Below are positions 29,688 to 39,406 of a stretch of DNA of 64,000 nucleotides, one piece after another. The DNA is from Bacteroidota bacterium (GTDB lineage Bacteria > Bacteroidota > Bacteroidia > Chitinophagales > Chitinophagaceae): positions 145 to 64,144 of the forward strand of contig JBDKGO010000001.1 in NCBI GenBank assembly GCA_039798125.1, given 5' to 3'. The notes beneath the pieces are model-generated. The model was given only the letters and a program-made list of their open reading frames with translations, was not told the DNA's origin and did not search any database. A program made the position numbers and the translations under genes. How positions within the stretch are numbered: position 1 is the first letter of the stretch; each line of letters opens with the position of its first letter.

Positions 29688-30524
29688 TTACGATTCTGTT
29701 TCATTTACAATAGAAGATCCACCAGGCATTTGCACCACCATGTCTTTCCAACCTTTTGCCCAATTACCAACAAATATTATTTTACCAGCTTCTTCCAATG
29801 CCTTTAATCGAGCTACAATAAAAGCATCTCCCAATTTCACTTTTAATTTAGCCATGATATTGGATAAAGCACTTGGTAGTTTTTGTGCGTTCTTAGTAAG
29901 CAAGGATAAAATTTCTTTATCGTAACAACTAATATGCATGCTAACCAATTTCTTGCCCCCTTCTAGAAATCTTACCCCTTCATTTTCTTGACACAACTTC
30001 TTCCATTCATCAGGATCCAATTCAAACTCACTTAAAGTAATTGGTCTAGCTAATTTTTTAGCTTTTAGAAATTCTTTGGGCTGGATTTGACTTAAATGCG
30101 TTGGATAAAATAATTGGCCTTTTTCATTTAAGAATGGCAGGTTATTTAAATACAATACATGGATTCTACTTTGGTATTCTTTGAATTGACTCATTAACCA
30201 ATAATAGCCTGAAACGTCGTGTGCATTTTGTCCCATCCAAATCCAAATTATTTCATTTTCATCATGGGTCAATGAATTGATTAAATGATGTACAGTTAAT
30301 TTATCATCTACAATATCTAATTGATCTTCATAAGGTGATTGTGCTAACACATCTTTCCACCAATCCCTTCTTGCTTGATAGCCATCAGTTTCATAAATAT
30401 CCAATAAAGGGCCAACAGCAAAGTCGTCCTTAATTTCTATGATCTTTCCAGATAAAGATTCATCTAATTCAATAGCCTGCTCTAAAGCGGCTATATCTGC
30501 GGTATTAAATACTATGTGTATCAT
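29688..30524 (-). CDS. DUF1835/DUF3658-type protein
   Basis: [43 protein letters not shown]. Confidence 0.75.
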   Translation of the reverse strand: MIHIVFNTADIAALEQAIELDESLSGKIIEIKDDFAVGPLLDIYETDGYQARRDWWKDVLAQSPYEDQLDIVDDKLTVHHLINSLTHDENEIIWIWMGQNAHDVSGYYWLMSQFKEYQSRIHVLYLNNLPFLNEKGQLFYPTHLSQIQPKEFLKAKKLARPITLSEFELDPDEWKKLCQENEGVRFLEGGKKLVSMHISCYDKEILSLLTKNAQKLPSALSNIMAKLKVKLGDAFIVARLKALEEAGKIIFVGNWAKGWKDMVVQMPGGSSIVNETES

Positions 30525-32400
30525 TTGCTTTGTCTAGTTCAACTTTTAAATTATTGATAATAAACTCCTGTCTTTCTGGGGTATTCTTTCCCATATAATA
30601 TTCCAACAAATGTTGAATATGATCCCCTTGTTCTAAAATAACTGGTGCCAATTTAATATCGGCATTGATAAATTTGCCAAACTCTTCGGGACTAATCTCA
30701 CCCAATCCTTTGAATCGTGTGATTTCAGGTTTATTGCCTAATTCTTCTATTGCTTTTTGTTTTTCTGATTCATCATAGCAATAAATGGTCTTTTGTTTAT
30801 TTCTAACACGGAATAATGGTGTTTCTAAAACAAATACATGTCCTCTTTTTACTAAGTCTGGGAAAAACTGTAAAAAGAAAGTGAGCATCAATAAGCGAAT
30901 GTGCATACCATCCACATCGGCATCGGTGGCAATTACAATATTGTTATATCTTAAACCATCTAAACCGTCTTCAATATTTAAAGCATGTTGCAATAAGTTA
31001 AACTCTTCATTTTCGTATACTACTTTCTTTGTTAACCCAAAAGCATTCAAAGGCTTACCTCTTAAACTAAAAACAGCTTGCGTATCAACATTTCTAGATT
31101 TAGTAATACTACCACTTGCAGAATCTCCCTCCGTTATAAATAGGGTACTATTTTGCTGTGTTGAAATAAAGATTTCTTTATTCTTAGATGGTAATTCATC
31201 GTTTAGATGCACCCTGCAATCTCTTAATTTCTTATTGTGCAAATTCGCTTTCTTAGCGCGCTCATTTGCTAACTTCTTGATCCCTGCTAGTTCTTTTCGC
31301 TCACGTTCGTTTTGCTCGATTCTTTTCTTTAATGCATCCGCGACAGCTGGATTTCTATGTAAAAAGTTATCTAATTCTTTTGCTAAAAATTCAGTGATAA
31401 AATTCTTCATACTTGGGCCGCCATCTGCCACATTTTGCGATCCTAATTTAGTTTTTGTTTGACTTTCAAAAACAGGTTCTTGCACCCTTACAGAAACAGC
31501 AGCTACAATACTTGTTCTAACATCAGATGCTTCATAATCTTTTTTATAAAAATCACGAATTACTTTTACATAGGCTTCTCTAAATGCTTGTTGATGCGTT
31601 CCTCCTTGCGTAGTGAACTGGCCATTGACAAATGAAAAAATATCTTCGCCATAATCATTATTATGTGAGATCGCAATTTCAATATCCTCCCCTTTTAAAT
31701 GTATGATTGGATACCTTAATTCATCTGGATTTGTTTTTCGCTCTAATAAATCCAATAGACCATTCTTACTTACGAATTTTTTATCATTAAAATGAATGAC
31801 TAATCCAGCATTTAAATAACAATAGTTCCATAGCTGACTTTCAATATATTCATAAATGAAATGGTAGTTCTTGAATATGGTTGCATCAGGTGTGAAAACA
31901 ACCAAAGTACCATTCTGTTCCGTTGTTTTTGATTCCTTAGTTTCTTCGATTAATTGACCTCTCTTGAAACTTGCAGATTTTTGTTTACCTTCTCTATAAG
32001 CGGTTACTTCAAAGTGATCACTCAGGGCATTTACCGCTTTTGTACCAACTCCGTTCAATCCCACAGATTTCTGAAATGCTTTACTATCGTATTTAGCCCC
32101 AGTATTAATTTTACTTACGACATCCACAATTTTACCTAAAGGAATCCCTCTACCATAATCACGGATAGTAACTGTCTTATCCTGAATTGAAATTTCAACT
32201 TGTTTACCATAGCCCATGGTATGTTCATCGATACAGTTATCAATCACCTCTTTAATCAATACATAAATACCATCATCTGGAGCAGTACCGTCCCCTAATT
32301 TACCAATATACATTCCTGGACGCAATCGAATATGCTCCTTCCAATCTAATGACCTAATGGAGTCTTCGTTATATTCTGCACCAATTTTTGCTTCTGCCAT
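30505..32400 (-). CDS. parE: DNA topoisomerase IV subunit B
   Basis: [44 protein letters not shown]; TAGATTTG at 32444-32451 upstream. Confidence 0.93.
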   Translation of the reverse strand: MAEAKIGAEYNEDSIRSLDWKEHIRLRPGMYIGKLGDGTAPDDGIYVLIKEVIDNCIDEHTMGYGKQVEISIQDKTVTIRDYGRGIPLGKIVDVVSKINTGAKYDSKAFQKSVGLNGVGTKAVNALSDHFEVTAYREGKQKSASFKRGQLIEETKESKTTEQNGTLVVFTPDATIFKNYHFIYEYIESQLWNYCYLNAGLVIHFNDKKFVSKNGLLDLLERKTNPDELRYPIIHLKGEDIEIAISHNNDYGEDIFSFVNGQFTTQGGTHQQAFREAYVKVIRDFYKKDYEASDVRTSIVAAVSVRVQEPVFESQTKTKLGSQNVADGGPSMKNFITEFLAKELDNFLHRNPAVADALKKRIEQNERERKELAGIKKLANERAKKANLHNKKLRDCRVHLNDELPSKNKEIFISTQQNSTLFITEGDSASGSITKSRNVDTQAVFSLRGKPLNAFGLTKKVVYENEEFNLLQHALNIEDGLDGLRYNNIVIATDADVDGMHIRLLMLTFFLQFFPDLVKRGHVFVLETPLFRVRNKQKTIYCYDESEKQKAIEELGNKPEITRFKGLGEISPEEFGKFINADIKLAPVILEQGDHIQHLLEYYMGKNTPERQEFIINNLKVELDKANDTHSI

Positions 32401-32498
32401 AATTATCAATACTTTATGAGCAATAAATGCCCTAATCAAGCTGCAAATCTAATACTACAAGTAAGTTTTGCAATCTAAATATTGGCAAAACTGGGCAA

Positions 32499-33062
32499 AT
32501 GTGGATAAAAGGATTAAAGCATTATCTTTATCCCATCGAAAATAAAGCAACATACCCAATTACCGATCTTGATTATATCAAAAACAAGGCGGTTGAACTA
32601 GAAGCAGAAAACGTCCAATTCCAGGATTTTTTGAGGAATTTGGACAGTTTAAGCTTGGATAAGGCCGTTTTTGAGCTTTCTGAAGCCATTTCTCCTAAAA
32701 TTGAATGTACTGAATGTGGCAATTGCTGTAAAAGCTTAATGGTCAATATAGATGATGCTGAAGCCAACCATTTATCGGCTCATTTAGGTCAGACAAGGGA
32801 GGAATTTGACCAAAAATACCTAGATAAGGGTGAATCGGGCAGAATGGTGATCAATGCCATCCCCTGTCATTTCTTAGTAGGAAATAGCTGTAGTGTCTAT
32901 TCACATCGTTTTGCAGGTTGCAAGGAATTCCCTGCATTTCATGTACCCGATTTCAATAAAAGATTATTTACGACCTATATGCACTACGATCGTTGTCCTA
33001 TCATTTTTAACGTGATGGAGACTTTAAAAATAGATACTGGATTTAGTAATAAGCAAGTTTAA
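32499..33062 (+). CDS. YkgJ family cysteine-cluster protein
   Basis: CTECGNCC, PCHFL, CSVY..R..CKEFP; start uncertain. Confidence 0.85.
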   Translation: MWIKGLKHYLYPIENKATYPITDLDYIKNKAVELEAENVQFQDFLRNLDSLSLDKAVFELSEAISPKIECTECGNCCKSLMVNIDDAEANHLSAHLGQTREEFDQKYLDKGESGRMVINAIPCHFLVGNSCSVYSHRFAGCKEFPAFHVPDFNKRLFTTYMHYDRCPIIFNVMETLKIDTGFSNKQV

Positions 33063-33073
33063 ATCTTTATGGC

Positions 33074-34243
33074 ATGCCTTTACAATTTGGAATAGATATA
33101 GTTTTAAAAAATGAACCAAATTTGAAAATGGATCGTATTGCCATGCTCACAAATGACGCTGCAATCACTAAGACAGGAGTGATTAGCAGATTGGCATTAA
33201 AAAATGCAGGATTTAATTTGATTAAAATATTTTCCCCAGAACACGGTATCAAAACAATTGGAGAAGACGGGGCATACATGCAGGATGGATTAGATGAAAT
33301 CACTGGACTTAAAGTCATAAGTTTATACGGAGAAAAATATATGCCAACGGCAGATGACCTAAATGATATTGATGTCATGTTATTTGATATTCCGGATGCT
33401 GGTACGAGATTTTACACCTATTTATGGTCAATGACTTTTTGGATAGAAGCTGCAGCGAAAATGAATAAAAAGGTAATTATCTTAGACAGACCAAATCCTT
33501 TAGGAGGCAATCAGTCATTGATTGAAGGCCCAATGCTGGATGAAAATATTTCAAGTTTTATAGGTCGATTAAATATGCCTGTAAAGCATCAATGTACTTT
33601 AGGAGAATTGGCACTTTACTTTAATGCAACTCAATTATGGAATGCTAATATAAATGTTATTGCATGTGAAGGATGGAAGCGCGAATATCTATTTTATGAT
33701 TGGTTTTTGAAATGGGTGAATCCTTCACCGGCACTTCAAAATTTTGAAGCGACATTATTATACCCTGGATTGTGTTTTTTTGAAGCAACTAATGTTTCTG
33801 TTGGTAGAGGTACAAACTATTCCTTTGAATGGATTGGTGCTGAATGGTTGAACATTCCTGCAATGATGTTGGTTGCACAAAATATATTGAAGGAAGATCT
33901 CAAAATTGAAAGCTTGTCACTACCCATTGCAATAGATGGAAACACAAAAGAAACAAAAGGTATCAGAATAAAAATTATTGAACCGAAATTTTATTCAGCA
34001 GTCATCAATGGATTAATCTTATTAAAATTAGTAAAAGATATGCATCCTAAAGCATTCAAATGGATGCCCTATAAAACAAACGCAAATCCAACAGGTGAAA
34101 ATCATTTGTCTTTATTATTAGGCATCCCCAATGCAGAAGCAATTTTCGATTTACCTTTACAACAATGGTTACAAAAAATGAGTGTGCTTATAAAAGTAGA
34201 CCAATGGAAGAAAGAAATAGCACCTTATTTACTATATGATTAA
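33074..34243 (+). CDS. DUF1343 family exo-beta-N-acetylmuramidase (NamZ-like)
   Basis: FSPEHG, SLYG, FDIPDAGTRFYTY, LDRPNPLGG, NPSP, SVGRGT. Confidence 0.88.
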   Translation: MPLQFGIDIVLKNEPNLKMDRIAMLTNDAAITKTGVISRLALKNAGFNLIKIFSPEHGIKTIGEDGAYMQDGLDEITGLKVISLYGEKYMPTADDLNDIDVMLFDIPDAGTRFYTYLWSMTFWIEAAAKMNKKVIILDRPNPLGGNQSLIEGPMLDENISSFIGRLNMPVKHQCTLGELALYFNATQLWNANINVIACEGWKREYLFYDWFLKWVNPSPALQNFEATLLYPGLCFFEATNVSVGRGTNYSFEWIGAEWLNIPAMMLVAQNILKEDLKIESLSLPIAIDGNTKETKGIRIKIIEPKFYSAVINGLILLKLVKDMHPKAFKWMPYKTNANPTGENHLSLLLGIPNAEAIFDLPLQQWLQKMSVLIKVDQWKKEIAPYLLYD

Positions 34244-35427
34244 TGCACATCACTTACTTTATCTACTCTCTTTGTACCTGCATATAATTCATATTCCAAT
34301 AACCTACAATCAATTGTGGCATTGAAAAATTCTATTCGACGACTTGGCTTTAATCGAATTTTTTTAGCCAATTCTAAATTACCTGTAAATATATAGCCTG
34401 TCATCCCCTTGCACTTATTCTTCATATAATCTCCCATGCGCGCGTAGGTGGCTTCCAATTCAACTTCCTCTCCTAGCCTGTCTCCATATTCTGGATTGAT
34501 CATTAAAATCGCACCTTCTTCCGGTTCTGGCATTTTAGTGGCTTCAAAATCACATACTTGAAAATCTATCAAGTCTTCTACTCCGGCAACAGATGCATTT
34601 ATTTTAGCCACCTTAATGGCTTCTCTGCTGATATCAGATGCGATGATGACTAAATTTGGTAGGTGTCTAACTTGTTCTTCGATAATAGTTCGCTCTTTTT
34701 CATACACCGTTTTATCATAACCAATGATATGCATGAATGCGTAATTGTTTCTAAATAATCCAGGTGCTCTTTTTGTAGCAATCAATGCAGCCTCAATAGC
34801 CAATGTACCAGAACCACACATAGGGTTCACAAAGGCACCAAACTTATTCCATTTAGTAGATAAAATAGTGGCTGCAGCCAATGCTTCTAACATGGGCGCT
34901 TTACCTGGTAATTTTCGATAGCCATGTCGTGCTAAAGAATCTCCCGATGTATCCAAGAAAATTTCAGCTTCATCATTTTTCCAAAATAAATACACCACAG
35001 CACCCGCTAATTCTGAACCAGTTGATGGACGCTTACCACTCACTTCACGCATTCTATCTACTATAGCATCTTTTACTCTCAGGTTAGCAAATAAATTGGT
35101 AGAAATGGTATCATTAAAAACATTACTAATCACTGAAAAATAACCATCCGGTTTGATCATTGTTTCCCAAGGGATCGACACCAAATTTTGATGTAGTTCA
35201 TCTGGATGATTACAAATAAATGTCTTTAAAGAATACATCACCTGACTTGCGCAACGCAGGTTTAAATTTAAACGGATACAATCATTCACCGTTCCTGTTA
35301 ATTCCACACCTGTTTGAAAAACCCTGTCTACATCAAAACCCAAACCTATCACTTCTGACCTTAAAGCAGGAGCTAACCATTTATTACAGGTGATGATGAT
35401 TTTATTGCGGGTAGTAAATGCTTGCAT
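34240..35427 (-). CDS. THUMP-domain RNA methyltransferase (RlmL-like)
   Basis: THUMP-like N-terminus, LDTSG.SL.RHGYR, APMLEALAA, PMCGSGT, NPEYG.RL. Confidence 0.9.
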   Translation of the reverse strand: MQAFTTRNKIIITCNKWLAPALRSEVIGLGFDVDRVFQTGVELTGTVNDCIRLNLNLRCASQVMYSLKTFICNHPDELHQNLVSIPWETMIKPDGYFSVISNVFNDTISTNLFANLRVKDAIVDRMREVSGKRPSTGSELAGAVVYLFWKNDEAEIFLDTSGDSLARHGYRKLPGKAPMLEALAAATILSTKWNKFGAFVNPMCGSGTLAIEAALIATKRAPGLFRNNYAFMHIIGYDKTVYEKERTIIEEQVRHLPNLVIIASDISREAIKVAKINASVAGVEDLIDFQVCDFEATKMPEPEEGAILMINPEYGDRLGEEVELEATYARMGDYMKNKCKGMTGYIFTGNLELAKKIRLKPSRRIEFFNATIDCRLLEYELYAGTKRVDKVSDVH

Positions 35428-35467
35428 AGTATAAAATTAGGTCAAAAATGACGAAAGGCCTTAAAGC

Positions 35468-35508
35468 AAAAATCCTCAACTATCTAGAAGATATGTTGAG
35501 GATTCTTT
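35468..35508 (-). terminator. Intrinsic terminator after tRNA-Val
   Basis: AATCCTCAAC/GTTGAGGATT inverted repeat followed by a T tract on minus. Confidence 0.75.
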
Positions 35509-35509
35509 G

Positions 35510-35584
35510 TGGGAGCACACGGGCTCGAACCGCGGACCCTCTCGGTGTAAACGAGATGCTCTAAACCAACTGAGCTATGCTCCC
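35510..35584 (-). tRNA. tRNA-Val(TAC)
   Basis: Cloverleaf GGGAGCA/TGCTCCC acceptor, anticodon arm TCTCG-TTTACAC-CGAGA, T loop TTCGAGC; CCA not encoded. Confidence 0.96.
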
Positions 35585-35636
35585 TAAGGGGTGCAAAAAT
35601 AAGGGGGTAATTTCAATTTCCCAAAAAAAAGATAAA

Positions 35637-35927
35637 TTAATTTAATTGTACCGCTGGAAGCCTATTGGACTGGCTATCGTAAACGAAAAGCTCCACTATT
35701 TCCATGCTCCAGTATTTATGCAAGGGGGAAGCTTTCAATACTTCTTCTACATCCACCTTTGTATTGGCATTGACGACAATCCAAGATTGCTGCGTCTCCA
35801 TACTTACTGTGTAAGTTTCTATAACACCTTTATTCAATAGATAATTGATATAAGTTCTATGCGGAGGCACCAAAGACATAAACTCCTCGTCCATGTCAAA
35901 AGATATGATTGCTTGATACTTATTCAT
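35637..35927 (-). CDS. Small muconolactone-isomerase/YciI-like dimeric alpha/beta barrel protein
   Basis: VPPHRTYIN.L..KG, SPLHKY pattern, 96 aa. Confidence 0.6.
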   Translation of the reverse strand: MNKYQAIISFDMDEEFMSLVPPHRTYINYLLNKGVIETYTVSMETQQSWIVVNANTKVDVEEVLKASPLHKYWSMEIVELFVYDSQSNRLPAVQLN

Positions 35928-36021
35928 CTAATCTAAATTACAAAAAATCTTGAATTTACAATTACATCCCTCCTTCTTTTTCTTAAAAATTTTATTGTGT
36001 CTAAACTGTCTAATCCCATGT

Positions 36022-37071
36022 CTATTTTAATTCAACAAAACTGATCCTTCCACCACCACCTGCTAAATAAACAGCTTTTTTAGCAGGATGTTTTTTCACG
36101 ATATGAAAAGCCGCATCGCTTATTTTTTCCCAAGAAGCACCTTTGTCCTTAGATAAATCTACCCCAGATGTACCACAAGTTATTATTCGATTGTTATCAA
36201 TAAATTCAACCGAAGATTTATATCCATTTGGATTTGATACCTCAAATTTTTTCAAAAAAAGTTTGATTGTAGACAACTTTTTTAAGTTTGATTTACGTGT
36301 TTGATAGATTTGATACCCTACAATATTTTGACTTGCTATGGTATCATTAGCAAAATCTCCTCCAACCACAAGGACTCTACTTCGATTAGGTGATATGGCA
36401 ATACTATTGGCACCAGTTGAATTGGTTCCTTGCATTAAAGGTATTGCTTCTGCCATTCCATTGATCCAAATTCTACTAGTCAATCCACCGGTGACAAATA
36501 AAAGTGCTTTTCCAAGATGAATTAAATTTGAATTGCTTGATGCAAAAAATGCTTCTCCATTATTTAAAGTTGATTTAAAAAAATCATTGGGCATTTTATC
36601 CCATGTTGCCCCTTTGTTATTTGTTGTCAATACAAATAAATGTCCATCAATTGGATCCCCAATGACTGTCCCATTATTTTCATCCCTAAATTGAAGCGCA
36701 TCTAAAAACATAGATGTGTCGGTATTCTCATACACTTTATTCCAAGAAACGCCGCCATCGAAAGTTTTTAAAATGACGGCAGGAGCAGCCACTGCGACAA
36801 TGATGGCTTCTTGATCGTTCCATGCGTGCATCGCTCTAAAATCTCGTTTTTCATACCCTTTCACTTGCATCCATTCAAAACTTAACCCCTCATTGGTAGA
36901 TTTTGCAACCATTCCTTTTGATCCACTTGCCCAAATCACTTTTGCAGAAGGCACAGATAAGGCTCTAATACTTACCCCTTTTTGTGCAGTTAATTCCTTG
37001 ATTTGATATTGCGCATTCAATCCTGAACAGATGAAAAATGCACAGATAAAAAAGATTTTAGAAATAGACAT
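36022..37071 (-). CDS. Exported YCF48/BNR-repeat beta-propeller protein
   Basis: Signal peptide; Asp-box repeats STNEG.SF, TFDGG.SW, TNNKGATW, SKDKGASW. Confidence 0.85.
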   Translation of the reverse strand: MSISKIFFICAFFICSGLNAQYQIKELTAQKGVSIRALSVPSAKVIWASGSKGMVAKSTNEGLSFEWMQVKGYEKRDFRAMHAWNDQEAIIVAVAAPAVILKTFDGGVSWNKVYENTDTSMFLDALQFRDENNGTVIGDPIDGHLFVLTTNNKGATWDKMPNDFFKSTLNNGEAFFASSNSNLIHLGKALLFVTGGLTSRIWINGMAEAIPLMQGTNSTGANSIAISPNRSRVLVVGGDFANDTIASQNIVGYQIYQTRKSNLKKLSTIKLFLKKFEVSNPNGYKSSVEFIDNNRIITCGTSGVDLSKDKGASWEKISDAAFHIVKKHPAKKAVYLAGGGGRISFVELK

Positions 37072-37104
37072 GGTTTTATGATTTTTGCAAGATAAAGATA
37101 CAAT

Positions 37105-37830
37105 ATGATACCATACTGGATGAGTAGAACTGAACTAATGCTGGGACAAGAAAATATAACATCCTTAATGGGTAAAAATGTTTTGATTATTGGACTCGGA
37201 GGCGTCGGTGGTATTTGTGCCGAAATGATTGCAAGGGCTGGAGTTGGTAAAATGACCATCGTGGACAATGATACAATTGACCTAAGTAATATCAATAGAC
37301 AAATCCCAGCCTTACATTCAACAGCTGGAAAATCTAAAGCACAAATACTTGGTGCAAGATTAAAAGATATCAATCCAGCACTAGATTTAACTATTTTAGA
37401 AATATTTATTAAAGAAGAATTAACAAGGGATTTATTGGATAGCACAAAATGGGATTATGTGGTAGATTGTATTGATACTTTGTCTGCTAAAACCTTCTTA
37501 ATTAAAGGCTGTATCGATCGAAATTTACCCATTGTTAGTTCTATGGGTGCTGGTGGTAAAGTGGATCCAAGTCAAATCAAAGTCACTGATATTTCAAAAA
37601 CCTATATCTGCAATCTTGCAAAATACGTGCGTAAAAGATTACAATCTATGGGGATTAAAAAAGGCTTAAAAGTGGTGTTTAGCCCAGAGAAAGCAGATCA
37701 GGATAAAATTATAGTGACCGAAAAGGCCTTTCCTAAGAAATCCATTATTGGTACATTAAGCTATATGCCAGCCATTTTTGGCTGTACAGTAGCAAGTGTG
37801 GTGATTAGAGATTTGATGGTAAAGGATTGA
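37105..37830 (+). CDS. tcdA: tRNA threonylcarbamoyladenosine dehydratase (ThiF family)
   Basis: GLGGVG, D.D.IDLSNINRQ, DCID, SSMGAGGK.DP, VVFSPE, SYMPAIFG. Confidence 0.92.
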   Translation: MIPYWMSRTELMLGQENITSLMGKNVLIIGLGGVGGICAEMIARAGVGKMTIVDNDTIDLSNINRQIPALHSTAGKSKAQILGARLKDINPALDLTILEIFIKEELTRDLLDSTKWDYVVDCIDTLSAKTFLIKGCIDRNLPIVSSMGAGGKVDPSQIKVTDISKTYICNLAKYVRKRLQSMGIKKGLKVVFSPEKADQDKIIVTEKAFPKKSIIGTLSYMPAIFGCTVASVVIRDLMVKD

Positions 37831-37924
37831 TGTAGACCAATTTGAGTCAAATTTTCTTTGAAAAACGCTCAAATTATCTTTATTTTGCAACCCCAAGGCA
37901 ATGAATTGCACTGGGTGGGTAGAC

Positions 37925-37998
37925 GGTTCGGTAGCTCAGCTGGATAGAGCGTCATCCTTCTAAGATGAGGGCCATTGGTTCGAATCCAATCCGAATCA
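37925..37998 (+). tRNA. tRNA-Arg(TCT)
   Basis: Acceptor GGTTCGG/CCGAATC, D arm GCTC..GAGC, anticodon arm TCATC-CTTCTAA-GATGA, T arm ATTGG-TTCGAAT-CCAAT. Confidence 0.96.
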
Positions 37999-37999
37999 C

Positions 38000-38030
38000 A
38001 AAGCCTGTCACAAAAGTGACAGGCTTTTGT
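38000..38030 (+). terminator. Intrinsic terminator after tRNA-Arg
   Basis: AAAGCCTGTCAC-AAAA-GTGACAGGCTTT followed by TGTATTTT. Confidence 0.85.
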
Positions 38031-38210
38031 ATTTTAGGGAAACGCGCAAGCTCGCTTGCAGGCGTTGACATGAAATACAAAAGCCAAAAAAATGCGAAGC
38101 ATTTTTTTGAAAGGCTTTGATGAAAGTCACTAAAAGGATCACCGACCAACGGGAGGTAATCATTTGATGAAAGTCACTAAAGGGATGTCGGAGTGCAACG
38201 ACGACAATCA
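38022..38210. repeat. Palindrome-rich REP/MITE-like element with a 24-nt direct repeat
   Basis: IR 38022-38034/38073-38085; hairpin 38085-38109; direct repeat TTTGATGAAAGTCACTAAA(A/G)GGAT at 38116-38139 and 38163-38186. Confidence 0.7.
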
Positions 38211-39362
38211 ATCCCCTCTCAACATTAAATTCTCATAAAGTAAGGACAGATTAAACGCATAAGAATAATAATCAAATCGAACAATATTAGAACGATTGAC
38301 AATCCTCTTAAAGGGATTATTCAAAATACAGGCAATATTGGCAACAAAGTAAGGGTAATCATTATCAATCAATGACACTTCATTCACACTCATTGGCAAA
38401 TCCATCTTCCCACCTAATCTTAAAATACTTGTATTTAATAATAATTGCTCTAAAGGAAATTTAGATTCTTTAGATAAGTTTAAAGCTTGATTCAACAAAA
38501 TGGGTTTTAAAGCTAATAAAGGTGGATAATTAGAAAAATAAATCAATCGAGCAATATGATAAATGATCGTAGCACTATAGGCATAATGTTGAGAAACAAG
38601 CTTAGGATCTGTTAGATGTTTATTGGCTTTCACTAAATCCACGATTAAATCAAGGCTAGCAGAATCTGTTGCATTCAATGGTATGTTAGCAATCGTATGC
38701 ATCAATAATACATTGGTAAGTACAGACAAGTCCACATCTTTTGGGGTTTTTGTCCCAAGCCAAGTACTATACACTGGCCTATCTTTGTATTGTCTATAAA
38801 AGCTTCGGTTGGGTTTGATCAAGCCAACTCTGTACGCCCCAAATTTAGATTGCATTGCTTTTGCAACAGAATCGTTCAAACCTATAGCCAATAAAGCAAT
38901 TGAGCCCACATCAATATCATCCGCTATGGCAAGTTTATTATTGTATTGGTTTAACCATCCTCCATTTGGAAAAATTTGAGGAGGATTTCTAGGCCAAAAA
39001 TTATAAGTTAACTGGTTATTTTGATTTTTAAAACGTGCTACATAAATCAATGCATTTGCTTTCGCTTTATCAATTATAGCGCCTTCTTGTGGAAGCATCT
39101 GGTTCCTAAATTGTCCAATATTAAATAAAACAAGCGCAGTAAAAAATACATTGTCTTCTTGTTTTTGTTTTGAAGAAAAATAATATTTTCTGTAAGAAGG
39201 AAAAGCGCCATTTAATCCATCAGAAGGATTATGCATTTGTAAATTGGAAATTAAATTTAAAATGGATACCCTTTGATTGAAGTTGGTATCCAATATTCTT
39301 GAAGTAGCAGAAAGCTTGAAAGTAAGAACTAGTAATACCAAGTAAAGGATTCCCTTTTTCAT
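38208..39362 (-). CDS. Exported hypothetical protein, possible terpene cyclase/prenyltransferase beta-fold
   Basis: Signal peptide; YNFW, ADDIDVGS, YSTWLG, DVDLSVLTNVL motifs; helical composition. Confidence 0.55.
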   Translation of the reverse strand: MKKGILYLVLLVLTFKLSATSRILDTNFNQRVSILNLISNLQMHNPSDGLNGAFPSYRKYYFSSKQKQEDNVFFTALVLFNIGQFRNQMLPQEGAIIDKAKANALIYVARFKNQNNQLTYNFWPRNPPQIFPNGGWLNQYNNKLAIADDIDVGSIALLAIGLNDSVAKAMQSKFGAYRVGLIKPNRSFYRQYKDRPVYSTWLGTKTPKDVDLSVLTNVLLMHTIANIPLNATDSASLDLIVDLVKANKHLTDPKLVSQHYAYSATIIYHIARLIYFSNYPPLLALKPILLNQALNLSKESKFPLEQLLLNTSILRLGGKMDLPMSVNEVSLIDNDYPYFVANIACILNNPFKRIVNRSNIVRFDYYSYAFNLSLLYENLMLRGD

Positions 39363-39406
39363 ATCAAACCATCAATTTTATTACTAAAAGTTGTAATTTA
39401 GTGATT

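Noticed and set aside
30785-31462. 225-aa antisense ORF inside parE
   Set aside because: Shadow ORF from codon bias on the opposite strand; no recognisable motifs
32523-32537. Possible non-canonical ATC start of the YkgJ gene just after a TATCTTTA promoter-like element
   Set aside because: The promoter match is imperfect and an in-frame ATG exists at 32499; cannot be supported from sequence alone
38116-38210. Mini-CRISPR array (two 24-nt repeats with a 23-nt spacer)
   Set aside because: Only two repeats, the spacers are themselves related hairpins, and there are no cas genes or leader in the window
37952-38211. Short minus-strand ORFs 37952-38149 and 38008-38211
   Set aside because: They overlap tRNA-Arg and the palindromic element and have no protein-like features
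37925-39362. Genomic island or prophage integrated at tRNA-Arg (or tRNA-Val)
   Set aside because: No integrase, no convincing duplicated tRNA 3' end, and flanking genes are housekeeping
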